A stretch of DNA of 63,687 bases, counting the filler, from Octopus bimaculoides (Eukaryota): NCBI RefSeq assembly GCF_001194135.2. It is 5 parts of 5 records of this genome, joined end to end, with 100 filler letters (N's around TTAATTAATTAA, not from the genome) between each part and the next. Parts side by side here need not be neighbours in the genome. Positions count along the whole stretch, not along the records: positions 1 to 30,262 come from NC_068987.1; 4 more parts are not named here. One strand, given 5' to 3'. The translations under genes were made by a program, and so were the position numbers. This document shows, one piece after another, positions 13,309 to 26,494 of the stretch; the stretch's first letter is position 1; the number at the start of each line of letters is the position of its first letter. A model generated the notes under the pieces. It saw only the letters and a program-made list of their open reading frames with translations. It ran no database searches and had not been told where the DNA came from.

Positions 13309-14149
13309 TGCTATTGTTATATTGTGCAAATGAACAAAATTTTGTAAAATAAACCAAGATTTCAATCGCCTGTGTAGAACAAGAACAGACACATTTATAT
13401 TACTGTGACAATCATGACTAGTCAACCGTACCAACCCGTACACAAGGAGACCCTTACAGATCCCTGCCCATGTTCTTCCGGACATAATTTTAATATACGC
13501 TATTAACTCTTTCAGCATAAAAAAACGTTGAACTAGATAGGAATGCTGACGTCACGTGTGCTTTGAAATCAACTGGTCGTTTGTCTTATGATTGAATAGT
13601 GTATACGGTATCTATCAATTTGCTATTTTACCCCCACTGTGCTGCTGAAAAAAGAAAATGGAATGCAGGGACGCATAAGACGTGCACAGTATGCATGCAG
13701 CTTTGATGGTGAAACCAGCAAGCTGAGAGCTTTCGTTACTAGAAGTGATGACGCAAGTAAGCCAGCGTCAATTCCGTTTGATAGTAGCAAATAGGACAAA
13801 TAAGAGTGTTGGTTCATTTGAAATGAAGAAGCTGTTTTCTTGTTGAAAATTACAATAATTATACCCGTTGACAATTGTTCTCTAACATTTGACGCAACAA
13901 GCTCAGCAGTCAGAACGTGTACATCGCACATAAATTGTTAAAGTTGGAGCAATGGATGTCAACATAAAGAAGACCCTATTGGTGTCAAAGTTAGACATCA
14001 TGTGACTTCATTTTTGCTCAAACAACACCTTCCGAATGGAGAAGACACTCATTCCTAACTGGTATATTCTCGTAAACATAAAGCAATATCTTTCTTATGT
14101 TGTCTTTATCAAGCTGTATGATACCCCATTGTCTGTCTGCTTTGGGAAG

Positions 14150-16100
14150 CAGGATAATTTCTTTAGGTAGGAAAAATATTGTAATTAATACATCCATGAA
14201 AACAGCGATTATGGAGCATTTGCTGCTTAGAAAGAAACTGCGTGCTTGAATTCGTCTGCAAAGTGGCATTGATAAAGACTCGCAAAAGTAAATTCGGCAA
14301 GACAAATAAATAAGGGAATGTATTGAGCTTATTGCTGAATTGTATACAATTGTAACTTTTTCATAATCTTACTTTCTGTGGTGATTCTGACGGAAATTTC
14401 CTATCACTTTTGTTGTTAACTGGTGAAGTATGATCTAGTAACACGAGAGCATTTAGACCGGTAAAACAGATAAAAATATTAACATTTCATCTTTCTCCTG
14501 AAATCAAGAATGAGCTTATAGAATTCATGGCTTGAAACATGTGAAATTATTGTTTGGCAGAGATTTATAGAAACCAACACAATTGTATTATTTGACTCTA
14601 TACTTGGTTTAGCTCATCGTTTGCCCTGTGATTTGATTTGGTGGCAAATGTCTTGCTGTAGAAGAGATATATGGCTTAATTTTAAGACAAGAATATTAGA
14701 AGTGAAAGAGTAATTTATTAACTTTATAATGATAAAATAAAAAAGCGATATCAATACTGAGAAATCGATATCGGAAGCTGGTGGGATGTTATTAAGTGAT
14801 TATTGTTTATACAATTATGATGATGTTGTTTTCATGCTAGATCATCTGCCAGGTATTCAACAAAGAATTCTCAACAGTGTTTATAAAGTACAACAACAAT
14901 AGTTTAAAATTAGTATGTCTTCATGTTGCATGACTGAATTTATTTATAATGTCTTTGTTCATTCAACAACTCGATGTGACGAACTGGAGTTTAAGATTTC
15001 TGATAAGGTGTTTAAGATTTCTGATAAGCATGAATCAAAAACACAGAGCAGTGCATGAGAAGGAACAATAAATATTACACATTACAAACTAGAGAAAGTT
15101 CTATGACTGTTAGAGCAATTAGATGAGAATAGCAAAACGAATGACACATAACAATATTCGCATAATATAACTGCAACATGAGCTTACATTTTAGTTTCTT
15201 GTATTTTTACATATTTTGAAGAAATCATGTTGTCATCTGTCAGTCGAGTGCAGATACGTCTTCGGGATTCAAAAATAAACAAATGCTGTTCAAGGTTAAT
15301 TGAAAGACAAATTGATGAATTCGTATTAAAATTTTTAAAGTCTTGTCAAAAAGTATTTTGAGTGTGCAATAGTCAATGAGAAACATTGGAATAAACAAAT
15401 GAAAGAAAACTGCGTTGTAAAAGAATCCCCGAGAAAATGCAACTGATATTGGATTGGTTACTGAGCGGGGAATTTTTCGTAATAAGAAAAATATTAATTG
15501 CCTAATTAAAGAAATAGCTAGATTTTCTTGCATACAAGATTGTGAATTATTATTTCTGAAAAGTTTGAAGACGGAAAATTGTCATCAAAAATGTTCTGAC
15601 TTAACAAAAAGTTAATCAAATGATATTGGACTAGAATTGTACAAAGAAACTAAAGTCTCAGAATAATGATATGTAAAAGAACTCAGACGGATCTACCTCA
15701 GTTAAAATGTGCTTGTTAATTTGTGAATGTTTTATATAGCATCTGAATATTGTATACAATGGATACAAGGGAAGAAAACTGGGTAGTCTTCTCTGAGGAG
15801 CAATCAACACATCGTGAAACGGTCCTACAGGAGACTAAATTCTAATTTTCTGCAGATCCAAAGCATATAAATATCTGTTAACATTCTTATGCTTCACTCA
15901 CATCTAAGCTTTCTAATATTCACTTTATTTCAGTCCTTCTAACTCACACAGTATTGTGAATAACATGTGTTCGATTACCAGGCAGAGATGTGCTACTATC
16001 GTGATGGAGTGGACACCAAACGGAGGGGGGAAAACGAGAAGATCAAGGAAAACGTGATACCATACTTTTCAAGACAATTTGATAGCCATGGAAATCGGCC
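14150..16100 (+). pseudogene. Decayed hAT-family transposase (ZMYM1-like/DUF4371 type)
   Basis: Frameshifted peptide islands in the expected order: DSDGNFLSLLLL / KYDLVTREHLD (14380-14460), HLSPEIKNELIEFM (14487-14529), LFDSILGLAH (about 14590), YDDVVFMLDHLPGIQQRIL (14815-14872). They resemble GNF..LL.LL..YD..L.EHL, YLSP.IQNELI, D.T.D.SH and YD.A..MSG...GVQ.RI. Many stops; boundaries uncertain. Confidence 0.6.
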
Positions 16101-16384
16101 CTTGTGGAGCTAAGAGGAAAGCGAGTAGTCAGAGTGTTTGGAGAAACCTCGCAGTGCTGGCGACACTGGAAGATCTAAAAGCTAAGCGCTAATACAATAA
16201 AAATTATTACTTGAGTGTTTCGTATTTTACTTGATAATATTCCTTGAGCAATGTAGATGTGAATATCTTAATATATATGTGTGAGGATGACTTTATGGCG
16301 TTTTCTGAGCAGTACCCAATTCACTTGCATGCTCTAGAGTAACCGGAACAAAGTTATTTGAGATATTTATTGTCACTTAGGAAG

Positions 16385-16625
16385 GCTCGTGGACTGGATG
16401 TTAGGATGGTCCCCGGTCGATTCCCAGACTGAATGTTGCTTTGTGGTTCTTGAGAAAAACACTTTCATTTCACGTTGCTCTAGTTCACTCAACTATCAAT
16501 AAGTTCCAGCAATACATGGAAAGTTAGCCCTGCGACAGACTGGCATACCGTTCAGGAAGTTGTTGTAATCTCAGTCACTTATGCGAAATGAAAACCGGAT
16601 TAAGCTCCGGTTGCAATTAACCTAA
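16385..16625 (+). mobile_element. SINE family C, diverged
   Basis: GGTCGATTCCCAGACTG...GTTCTTGAGAAAAACACTTTCATTTCACGTTGCTCTAG...CCCTGCGACAGACTGGCAT matches 28165-28420. Confidence 0.65.
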
Positions 16626-16660
16626 GTCGTAATCCTAGCGACGCCGTATACCTTATGTTT

Positions 16661-16815
16661 ATATGAGTGTGCGCATGTGCGTTCTTGTGTGCATGTGAAT
16701 ATATATATTATTATATGAGTGTGCGCATGTGAGTTCTTGTGTGCATGTGAATATATATATTGTTATATGAGTGTGCGCATGTGCGTTCTTGTGTGCATGT
16801 GAATATATATATTAT
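16661..16815. repeat. 52-bp minisatellite, three copies
   Basis: ATATGAGTGTGCGCATGTGCGTTCTTGTGTGCATGTGAATATATATATT(A/G)TT starts at 16661, 16713 and 16765. Confidence 0.95.
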
Positions 16816-17690
16816 TAGTTAAATAAATAAAATATGAGAAAAAGCAAATAACTGTGTGATATGGAAAATAGAAATATGTGTGAAATTATATGGACGACTG
16901 AATACAGATGAGGAAAATGGAAAAGAAAGAAAAGATGGAGTACATCCCGAAAACCACGTGATTGAAAGACAAACTTTGCAGGAGCAATAGGAAGATATGT
17001 AGATATATATATATACGTATACATACATACATACATACATACATACATACAGAGGGGAGGAGGTAATGTTATTATTAACAGTGATGTTGGTGATAATTTC
17101 ATGTAAGGTACAAAGTTGCAATATGAACGGTATACAACTTGGAAGAGAGCCAATGTCGTAAAATCGTTTGTTTTTTGGGGTGGGGGGTTGCTTTTCTTTA
17201 CTATTTCATTTTCATGAGCACTAAATTTAAAGGGTAATAGTTAGCAATAAAGGCTATCGGTTGCTTTTAGGAGATTTCACTCGTAAAACGAAATTTATTG
17301 TTTTCTAACGAAAAAATATGAATCGTAAATAAGCAAATTAGATGACAGAACTATTACGGATTCCTTTAGATTGGGCTTAGGGCCAAATTATGTATGGCAA
17401 GTTTTATGTAGTCAATGGAATCCGTTCCATTATTCTTCTGGTGCTTAGCTTATCAAACCCTTGGGGAAATTACATAAATATAAAGTCGACTCCAGGTAGA
17501 TTAAACTAAAGAAAGTGTGGTAACAAGGTAGATATGACTGAGCAACTAATCTAGCCTTATAGAAGTTATGTCATGAGATGTAGAAAGTTGTACAAAAGAA
17601 AATCTGCAATTATACGTCAAATCTAGAAATATTTTTGTTTAATTTATTGTCTTTCTTTTCTCCATTTTGCTTCGTATGATAAGAAGCTTA

Positions 17691-18092
17691 CATGGCTGTG
17701 TAGTAACAAGCTTGCTTCCCAACAGCTTCGGGTTCAGTCCCACTACGTACCACATTGGGCAAATGTCTTCTGCTATAACCTGGGGTCGACCCTATTTTTA
17801 TGAGTGTATTCGGTAAACAGAAACTAAAAAAAAGTTCGTAGTATATAAATATATTTATGAATGTGTGTGTGTGTGAGTATGTGTGTATTTTCGTGTCTGT
17901 GTTTTACCCACCCACTCCCCGACCCACCGTTTGACAACCATGGTTGATGTGTTTACATCACCGTAAATTAGCGGTTCGGCAAAAGAGCCGATTGAATCAG
18001 TAGCAGGCTTTAAAACGTAAGTACTGAGGTCTATTCGTTCGACTAAAATTCGTCAAGGCGATGCCCCAACATGGCCGAAGTCTACTGACTGA
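17691..18092 (+). mobile_element. SINE family A, diverged full length
   Basis: TGGCTGTGTAGTAACAAGCTTGCTTCCCAAC...GGGTTCAGTCCCAC, followed by the family A body and tail. Confidence 0.8.
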
Positions 18093-20049
18093 ACGGCGGC
18101 GGTGGTGGTGGTGGTGGTGGTGGTNNNNNNNNNNNNNNNNNNNNNNNNNNNNNNNNNNNNNNNNNNNNNNNNNNNNNNNNNNNNNNNNNNNNNNNNNNNN
18201 NNNNNNNNNNNNNNNNNNNNNNNNNNNNNNNNNNNNNNNNNNNNNNNNNNNNNNNNNNNNNNNNNNNNNNNNNNNNNNNNNNNNNNNNNNNNNNNNNNNN
18301 NNNNNNNNNNNNNNNNNNNNNNNNNNNNNNNNNNNNNNNNNNNNNNNNNNNNNNNNNNNNNNNNNNNNNNNNNNNNNNNNNNNNNNNNNNNNNNNNNNNN
18401 NNNNNNNNNNNNNNNNNNNNNNNNNNNNNNNNNNNNNNNNNNNNNNNNNNNNNNNNNNNNNNNNNNNNNNNNNNNNNNNNNNNNNNNNNNNNNNNNNNNN
18501 NNNNNNNNNNNNNNNNNNNNNNNNNNNNNNNNNNNNNNNNNNNNNNNGGAGGAGGAGGAGGAGGAGGAGGAGGAGGAAAATGTCTTTTTTGATTACCAAA
18601 TGGGTAACGTCAGTTCGGAACATTTAAATATTTTGCGATTTTGCGAAGACGGGGCATGTAAGGAAGGGCACAAATGCTCAATGTGGAACAAAAGTCTTAA
18701 TTACCGACACACAAGTAACAGTTACAAGTAAATACAATACACTAATAACATGTACAACTACTATAACTGTTATACACGGCTCCAACTACGGCATAACACG
18801 TGTGAAACAGCGGAAATATTGATATCAGCACTAACAAAATAATAATGTCGGCGTTGTTGCGACCGCGATTGTGATGAGTAAGATAGTACTGAAGACGAAG
18901 AAAGCAACGAGGAAGACGGCGACAAAGACGAAAGCGAGGATGACATTGGCTGTTATGGTATCCAAATACCGTTACAGGAGTACTGCAATGAAAGATGGAA
19001 ATCTCACTTGCTAGAGTAGCTAAACAACTTAGAAGCGGAGAATATATTTCGTATAAAAGAGCCAACGGGAAACGATAACATCCATATAAATCTTAAACGA
19101 TATTTCTGGCTTCCTGTGGTTTATGTATACGCCTTAGTACGACTGAAATGATTTCTGTGCTAAACTGCCTCGTAAAATAAATATAAAACTAGTGAGTCTT
19201 TCTAGGAGCTTCATTTTCACCTCCTGCAGAGAGTTAACATAAGAACATATACATAAAAGAATTATTACTGTGTTACATGAATTCGACACGTTCAGGTAAA
19301 GTGTATACAACCAGCCTGTACGATTAGATGCATTGCTTATAGCGTTCTGTTTGATAGACACAAGAAGATAGTGATCTCAGTTCCTTAATTAGAGAACATC
19401 AATCTTAAGTAACGCTAGACGATATAGGCGTTTGTTTGGAATCATAGTTATTTCCTGCTGGCGGGTCTAACATACAAATGAAAGGACGGTGTGCATAGTA
19501 TAGCTATTGACCCACGGTTGGTGTTAGGTAAGCGATAACAATACAAATAATAATAAAAAAAATACACGGGAAAATAAAAATAAAACTGAAGAATTTTGGA
19601 AAGAAAATAAAGGAAAATGTGAGTTTGAATTTTCTCCGTATAACAAGAGAGCTATAATTTACTGCTGTTAGTCTTAAATAATTATAAATAATCGTTTAAT
19701 TTCATCTCAAAACGATAAGAATCTGTTTAGATACATTTTCAACGTTTCCATTTGCACTTTTTTTTCTTCAAAATACCTCCAAAACTAAAGTACACACGTT
19801 GGAAAATATTTTAAATTGGAATCATGTGGCTTCATGTATTGGTGCAAGAAATATTTTTACTCGTTTCTTTTTCTGAAAATTTGTTGCTCTGCTATTGTTG
19901 ATGTTGCTATATCTGTTGTCGCTGCTACTGCCGCTGTTATTGTTGTTCCTTAGTCTAGGTCAGCCATGACCAAGCAGACCTAAGGTCAAATAAATTCTGT
20001 GACATAGACGTATACAGATGCGCGTGTAAACGCACGCATGCGCACACTG

Positions 20050-20335
20050 ACTTTCTGTCAGTTACGATGATAAGGGTACAAGTTGACCCGATCAACGGAA
20101 CAACCTACTCGTGAAATTAACATGCAAGTGGCTGAGTATTCCACAGACACACATACCCCTAATGTAGTTCTCAAGAAGATTCAACGTGACACAAAATGTT
20201 ACGAAATACAGGTACTACACATTTTTACCAGCTGAGTGAAATGGAGCAACGTGAAATAAAGTGACTTGCTCAAGGACATAACGCGTGTGCGGGAATCGAA
20301 CTCACGGCCTTGCGATCGTCAGCCGAATACTCTTA
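20050..20335 (-). mobile_element. SINE with family C-like head and a different 3' body
   Basis: GGAGCAACGTGAAATAAAGTGACTTGCTCAAGGACATAACGC...GGGAATCGAACTCACGGCCTTGCGATCG is the reverse complement of the family C head. Confidence 0.6.
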
Positions 20336-20458
20336 GGTAGTAAATTAGGACTGGCGGCTATTTGAAACATGAAACTCATATCAGAGTCACTCACTGTAAA
20401 TATTATTACTAAAATAAAAATTATCTCCAAAATAAACCATTTCTACTCATTTTTCAAA

Positions 20459-20576
<118 letters not shown>

Positions 20577-21262
20577 AATGAGTAGAAATTACATTTTTGG
20601 GGATATATATATATATTTACATGTATATGTATCTTCATACACATATATACATTTACATGTATATATATCTTCATACACATATATACATTCATATATGTAT
20701 GTATATACACATATGCACACATATATATATGCTACTGCCTGTGTGCAAAAATATAGATAGATAGATAGATAGATAGACATATTCACACACACAAGCGCAC
20801 AACACATACAAAATCTATTTTATACTTATCTCATACTTACGTTAGCATTGCATGAGCTAATACAACCCATTAATCTATTTGACAAGTCTTCACACCTTTG
20901 AAGAGGGATGTCAGCATTCTTAATAGTTATTTAAACACAAAACACTACACCTCTACTCCGTTTTACAAAGCTGCCTTCTTTTACACCTGATACACATAGC
21001 ACAACAGTTTAGTCGTTTACATATAAAAAAAACCGCAGGATAAAAGTAGTTATACATTTTTGGAAATTGACATGTATTAAGTAGTTATCTGTCTATCAAT
21101 TATTTATTTGTACTACAGATTTAGGTATTTAAACTTATAGATGATGAGAATAGAGAAAGTTAATTATCAGTAAGTCCCAACGGAATTCCAGTTTTAAATA
21201 TTGATGTCACTTAATAACATAGTATGTCAAGTTGCGTCCCTGTTGATATATTTTTTCTTCTA

Positions 21263-21612
21263 GGCGGCGAGCTGGCAGAAACGTTAGCACGCCGGGTGAA
21301 ATGCTTAGCGGCAGTTCGTCTGTCTTTACGTTCTGAGTTCAAATACCACCGTGGTCGACTTTGCCTTTCATCATTTCGGGGTCGATAAATTAAGTACCAG
21401 TTACGCACTGAGGGTCGATGTAATCGACTTAATTCCTTTGTCTGTCCTTGTTTGTCCCCTCTATATTTAGCTACCTGTGGGCAATAAAGAAATAAGAAAC
21501 GTTAGCCAGCCAGGCGAAATACTTAGCGGTATGTGTACTGGGGTCGATCTAATCGACTGCCCCCTTCCCCAAAAAATTTCGGGCCTTGTGCCTAGAGTAG
21601 AAAAGATATACT
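21263..21612 (+). mobile_element. SINE family B: one copy plus an adjacent internally deleted copy
   Basis: GGCGGCGAGCTGGCAGAAACGTTAGCACGCCGGG at 21263. Second head and tail junction at about 21500-21612. Confidence 0.8.
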
Positions 21613-21614
21613 TT

Positions 21615-21985
21615 TTTCTTTTGTCCTTTGATTCAGTCATTGGACTGTTGCACTGTGACACCATCTTCAAAGGGTTTTAGTCGAACAAATCCATCCCAGT
21701 ACATTTTCTTTTTCATCTGGTACTTATTCTATTGTTCGATTTTGTCGAACTGCTAAGTTACCGGAATGCAAACAAACTAACGCCAGTCGTCAAGCGAAGT
21801 TGGAGGCAAACACACACACACACACATATCCGACAGGCATCCACGCAGTCTCAGTCAGCCGAATTCCTTCACAGGTCACTGGTCAGCCCAAGGCTATAGT
21901 AGAAGGCATTACCCTAGGTGCACTGAGATCGAACCCAAAATCATGTGGTTGCAAAGTGAGCTTCTTAACCACTCAGTCATACCTG
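21615..21985 (-). mobile_element. SINE family A, diverged
   Basis: Reverse-complement match to the family A tail and head. Confidence 0.7.
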
Positions 21986-22026
21986 TAAAATATTACATAG
22001 ATATCAATAACTACCTCTTATTACAA

Positions 22027-22259
22027 GGCGGCGAGCTGGCAGAAACGTAAGCACGCCGGGCGAAATGCTTAGCGGCATTTCGTCTGTCTTTACGTTCTGA
22101 GTTCAAATTCTGCCGAGGGGGCGACCTTACCTTTCTTCCTTTCGGGGTAGATAAATTAAATACCAGTTGAGTACTGGGGCAGATCTAATCGACTGGCCCC
22201 CTCCCCAAAAGTTTCGGTCCATGTGAGTAGAGTAGAGTAGAGTAGAGTAGAAAAGAATA
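22027..22259 (+). mobile_element. SINE family B
   Basis: Near-consensus copy, with an (AGAGT)n expansion before the tail. Confidence 0.85.
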
Positions 22260-22444
22260 ACTACGTATTTTATTTACTGAAGTTAAAATCTTCTTTAACC
22301 GTTACTCTGAGTTTGACGTTTCTGATTTGGATTTAGAGATTAGAACAAACTTCTGTTGCTGTCGGAAGATCAGAAACGTGACGCTCTTTTCACCTCCCTT
22401 GCATAGTTTTTGTATTATAACATACGTGCGCTCATACACACAAG

Positions 22445-22699
22445 AACAGTCAAAGAATGAGGCCGTGCTCGAGAGAGCTGGTGATGGAGAGCATGGGCGG
22501 CGAGGTACGGAGAAGGAAGTGGAAGTACACTGGTCACATCCCGAGGAAAGATCCCAACAAAGACATGGGTCTCTGGAAGAATCATGGAAAAGAGAAGCAG
22601 GCCGATGGATAGGGGACAGCGAACCAGGTGCAAACCTCAACCATCGACAGGGCGGCATAGGGAGAGTGGAAGGCCTTGTGTGACACCTAGCACGACGTG

Positions 22700-22730
<31 letters not shown>
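22445..22730 (+). mobile_element. 3' fragment of an RTE-clade LINE with (AAG)n tail
   Basis: SKNEAVLERAG / MESMGGEVRRRKWKYTGHIPRKD ... REWKALCDT resembles the RTE C-terminus (SNEE...EIRRRRW.WIGH.LRK ... W..LV.ALC). Frameshifted; followed by (AAG)n. Confidence 0.7.
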
Positions 22731-22731
<1 letters not shown>

Positions 22732-23619
22732 ATGACCACGACCACGACGATCATGATGACCATGATGAGGATGATGACGACGACGACGACGACGACGATG
22801 ATGATGATGATGATGATGAAGACGAGGAGGAAGAGGAGGAGGAAGAGGNNNNNNNNNNNNNNNNNNNNNNNNNNNNNNNNNNNNNNNNNNNNNNNNNNNN
22901 NNNNNNNNNNNNNNNNNNNNNNNNNNNNNNNNNNNNNNNNNNNNNNNNNNNNNNNNNNNNNNNNNNNNNNNNNNNNNNNNNNNNNNNNNNNNNNNNNNNN
23001 NNNNNNNNNNNNNNNNNNNNNNNNNNNNNNNNNNNNNNNNNNNNNNNNNNNNNNNNNNNNNNNNNNNNNNNNNNNNNNNNNNNNNNNNNNNNNNGAGGAG
23101 GAGGAGGGGGGAGGGGGAGGAAGAGGAGGAGGAGGAGATTGATGATGATGATGACGACGATGATGATTTAGAGATTACTGAAACCACAGACCTGTACAAA
23201 ACGCAGGGCATAAATCGTAAATCCGCAAATCTCAACGTTCTGCTGCCTTTCCTGCATTGTAGTATATAAATATATCAACTACACGGGGGCAGTTTCATGT
23301 CACTACATGCTCTGAGCATGATTAATTGACATGGTTCTTGATGAAATATTTCTACATCTGGCTACCAGAATTTTGAGTAATTTCCAAAATGTTGTACTTT
23401 GAATGTTATTCGACAATGGAAGCAGAACTTTTGAGAGTAAAATAAGCAATGAATTTTAGTCCCTACAACAGGTAACTGTTTCATGTAACTATAGCAAACA
23501 AATGCTGGAATGAGGCAATTTGGCGCTATTGTTTAGTCACTGGCGGTTTGGCGTGATTGATTGGACACTGAACCTGTTCTGGTGTCAGTAACTTTTGGCA
23601 CTGGAGACTAATACAGACA

Positions 23620-23677
<58 letters not shown>

Positions 23678-24746
23678 AACACACACACACACACCAACAC
23701 ACACATACACACACGCGCGTACCCCAGTGCACATGCACAATCGCGTAGAAATATACATATACAGATAGAGAGAAGGATAGGGAAAGACATTACAATTTAT
23801 TGATTAGGATTGGTATGAAAATTTTCGCTCTCTCCCGACACATAAAGAGAAATATATGCGCTCATACACACACACACACACACACACATACACATAAACC
23901 TTCATAGTAGACATAAAAATATGTCAGACTTACCTATTTCCCTGTAGATTTGAAAATAATGAACAGCTTTGATCAATTTATTGCGGTCGGATCAGGTGTC
24001 TACATCACTNNNNNNNNNNNNNNNNNNNNNNNNNNNNNNNNNNNNNNNNNNNNNNNNNNNNNNNNNNNNNNNNNNNNNNNNNNNNNNNNNNNNNNNNNNN
24101 NNNNNNNNNNNNNNNNNNNNNNNNNNNNNNNNNNNNNNNNNNNNNNNNNNNNNNNNNNNNNNNNNNNNNNNNNNNNNNNNNNNNNNNNNNNNNNNNNNNN
24201 NNNNNNNNNNNNNNNNNNNNNNNNNNNNNNNNNNNNNNNNNNNNNNNNNNNNNNNNNNNNNNNNNNNNNNNNNNNNNNNNNNNNNNNNNNNNNNNNNNNN
24301 NNNNNNNNNNNNNNNNNNNNNNNNNNNNNNNNNNNNNNNNNNNNNNNNNNNNNNNNNNNNNNNNNNNNNNNNNNNNNNNNNNNNNNNNNNNNNNNNNNNN
24401 NNNNNNNNNNNNNNNNNNNNNNNNNNNNNNNNNNNNNNNNNNNNNNNNNNNNNNNNNNNNNNNNNNNNNNNNNNNNNNNNNNNNNNNNNNNNNNNNNNNN
24501 NNNNNNNNNNNNNNNNNNNNNNNNNNNNNNNNNNNNNNNNNNNNNNNNNNNNNNNNNNNNNNNNNNNNNNNNNNNNNNNNNNNNNNNNNNNNNNNNNNNN
24601 NNNNNNNNNNNNNNNNNNNNNNNNNNNNNNNNNNNNNNNNNNNNNNNNNNNNNNNNNNNNNNNNNNNNNNNNNNNNNNNNNNNNNNNNNNNNNNNNNNNN
24701 NNNNNNNNNNNNNNNNNNNNNNNNNNNNNNNNNNNNNNNNNNNNNN

Positions 24747-24795
<49 letters not shown>

Positions 24796-25020
24796 CATAT
24801 AATCGGTTTTAACGGATGAAATCGAAGCAGATAAAGCTATAAATAATAACATGTGAAGATTGGGTTTAATAAAACTTTCGGGTGTAATTTATATATACCC
24901 GTGGTGTAATTTATATATACCCGTACTCACTAATTTTTTTTTTCTCTGGTGGCCGTTTGACCAATCGACCGGAGCATTTCTCTGCCTCCACGAGGTGAAG
25001 AGTTGAATTTGTCTTTGTAC

Positions 25021-25082
25021 GGAGTCTGATGAGCTGTCCACAAGGCTGCAGCTTTCGTGGATGCGAAACCATTGGTCACTCT
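25021..25082 (+). ncRNA. Type I hammerhead ribozyme (predicted), cleavage 3' of GUC at C25077
   Basis: Stem I GGAGU (25021-25) / ACUCU (25078-82); core CUGAUGA (25026-32); stem II 25033-25064 closed by G-C, C-G; GAAA (25065-68); stem III ACC-AUU-GGU; cleavage triplet GUC (25075-77). All invariant core nucleotides present. Activity untested. Confidence 0.8.
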
Positions 25083-25807
25083 ATGATCAGGCTTTAATTT
25101 TAGTGATTCAATATGCGTGTGTGTGTGTGTGTGTGTGTGTGTATACATACGTACGTACGTACATACATGCATACGAATACAGATTCTTTTCATTGGTTCT
25201 TTGTCATTCATTCAGTTCTAAGTATTATATTGTTAGAAAGCTCTAAACCTAGTTTATCAAACACTTGGGTTAGATTCATGTTTATAAGAGACATTCACCG
25301 TATATTTTGAAAAATAATTATGTGTGTACAGAGGATTTGTAGTGTGAACGTACATGTGTTCGTGTGTATACGTATGTATCCGTTGTGTCTGTATATATAT
25401 GAATAAAAAAATACACGTGTATATATTTCCACTAAGGCTACAAACTCGTATAGTAGATATCTTTACGTTTAAAAGTCATTATAACTATACCATATGTACA
25501 CGCTGAAAAATGCGTGAAAAATACGCTTCTGTTTGTATGTATCTGTCTAGATGATAATGCCATAGCTTTCCGTCGAATGAAAACTATAGAAGTATTTATT
25601 TATATAGAAGTTACTGAACAAAGTTCTTATTTTCTAATGTATTTTACAGAAGCGCCGCCATCAGAAAAGCTTTCCCAATATCACAGCTTACATACATATA
25701 TTTATACACATGGTGAAATTACAATAATGAAACACACACACACACGCACGCATACACACCAAGTTATTCCAGTTACGTTATCACTCATTCACACACACAC
25801 ACACATA

Positions 25808-25841
<34 letters not shown>

Positions 25842-26494
25842 TTTTTTGTTACTTTCTTTTTTTCTTACTCCCTGTCACTCACAAAATCTGCCAAAATAAG
25901 CATAAGAACTACCTTTAATATAACACCTACCGTCTGCAGAGAGTAAATATACCTACATATCAAACAGTTGAACACACTACCCTGACACAGACACTTTTAA
26001 GACCGTGTGCAATTCTAAGACAGTTTTATACTCACGCGCAAAAAAAAAAAAAGAAAATGTACAAAACTAGCGACAGGAAAACAAATACCAACGAAAATAA
26101 CTCGTGATTTGAAAACGAGGAGCAAAAGAAGGAAATGGAAAGAGAATCACTTAAAAGAATACAAGCAAAATAAACTTGGAACATTTAATTATTTTCCTTT
26201 TCATCTTGTTTTGTATTTGTTTGGCAACAATAGAAGCCTGAGACTTATAGAGCCAAAAGAAGTTCATTAAAAAACAAAACAATAGTAACTTACAACTATA
26301 TTGTTTTGCCATGAGCCATGAGCCATGAGCCCTCAGATCCTTGGTAGAGACGTAGGAGGGTCCCCGTTATGTCATAACGGAATAGCTCGGTCATTTTAAA
26401 CCTGACGGAAACTATATCTCATCCGGTGAAGCCATAGTCGATTTCTTCTACAAAGACAAGCAGACAAGCAAAGAGGGCGACAGTGACATTGACG

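Noticed and set aside
16661-16815. CRISPR-like array (also considered for 41722-42230)
   Set aside because: Units are contiguous with no unique spacers, the DNA is eukaryotic, and there are no cas genes.
18549-19065. Coding exon(s) after the (GGA)n tract
   Set aside because: Short low-complexity ORFs with no recognisable domain or convincing splice pair; consistent with decayed trinucleotide repeats.
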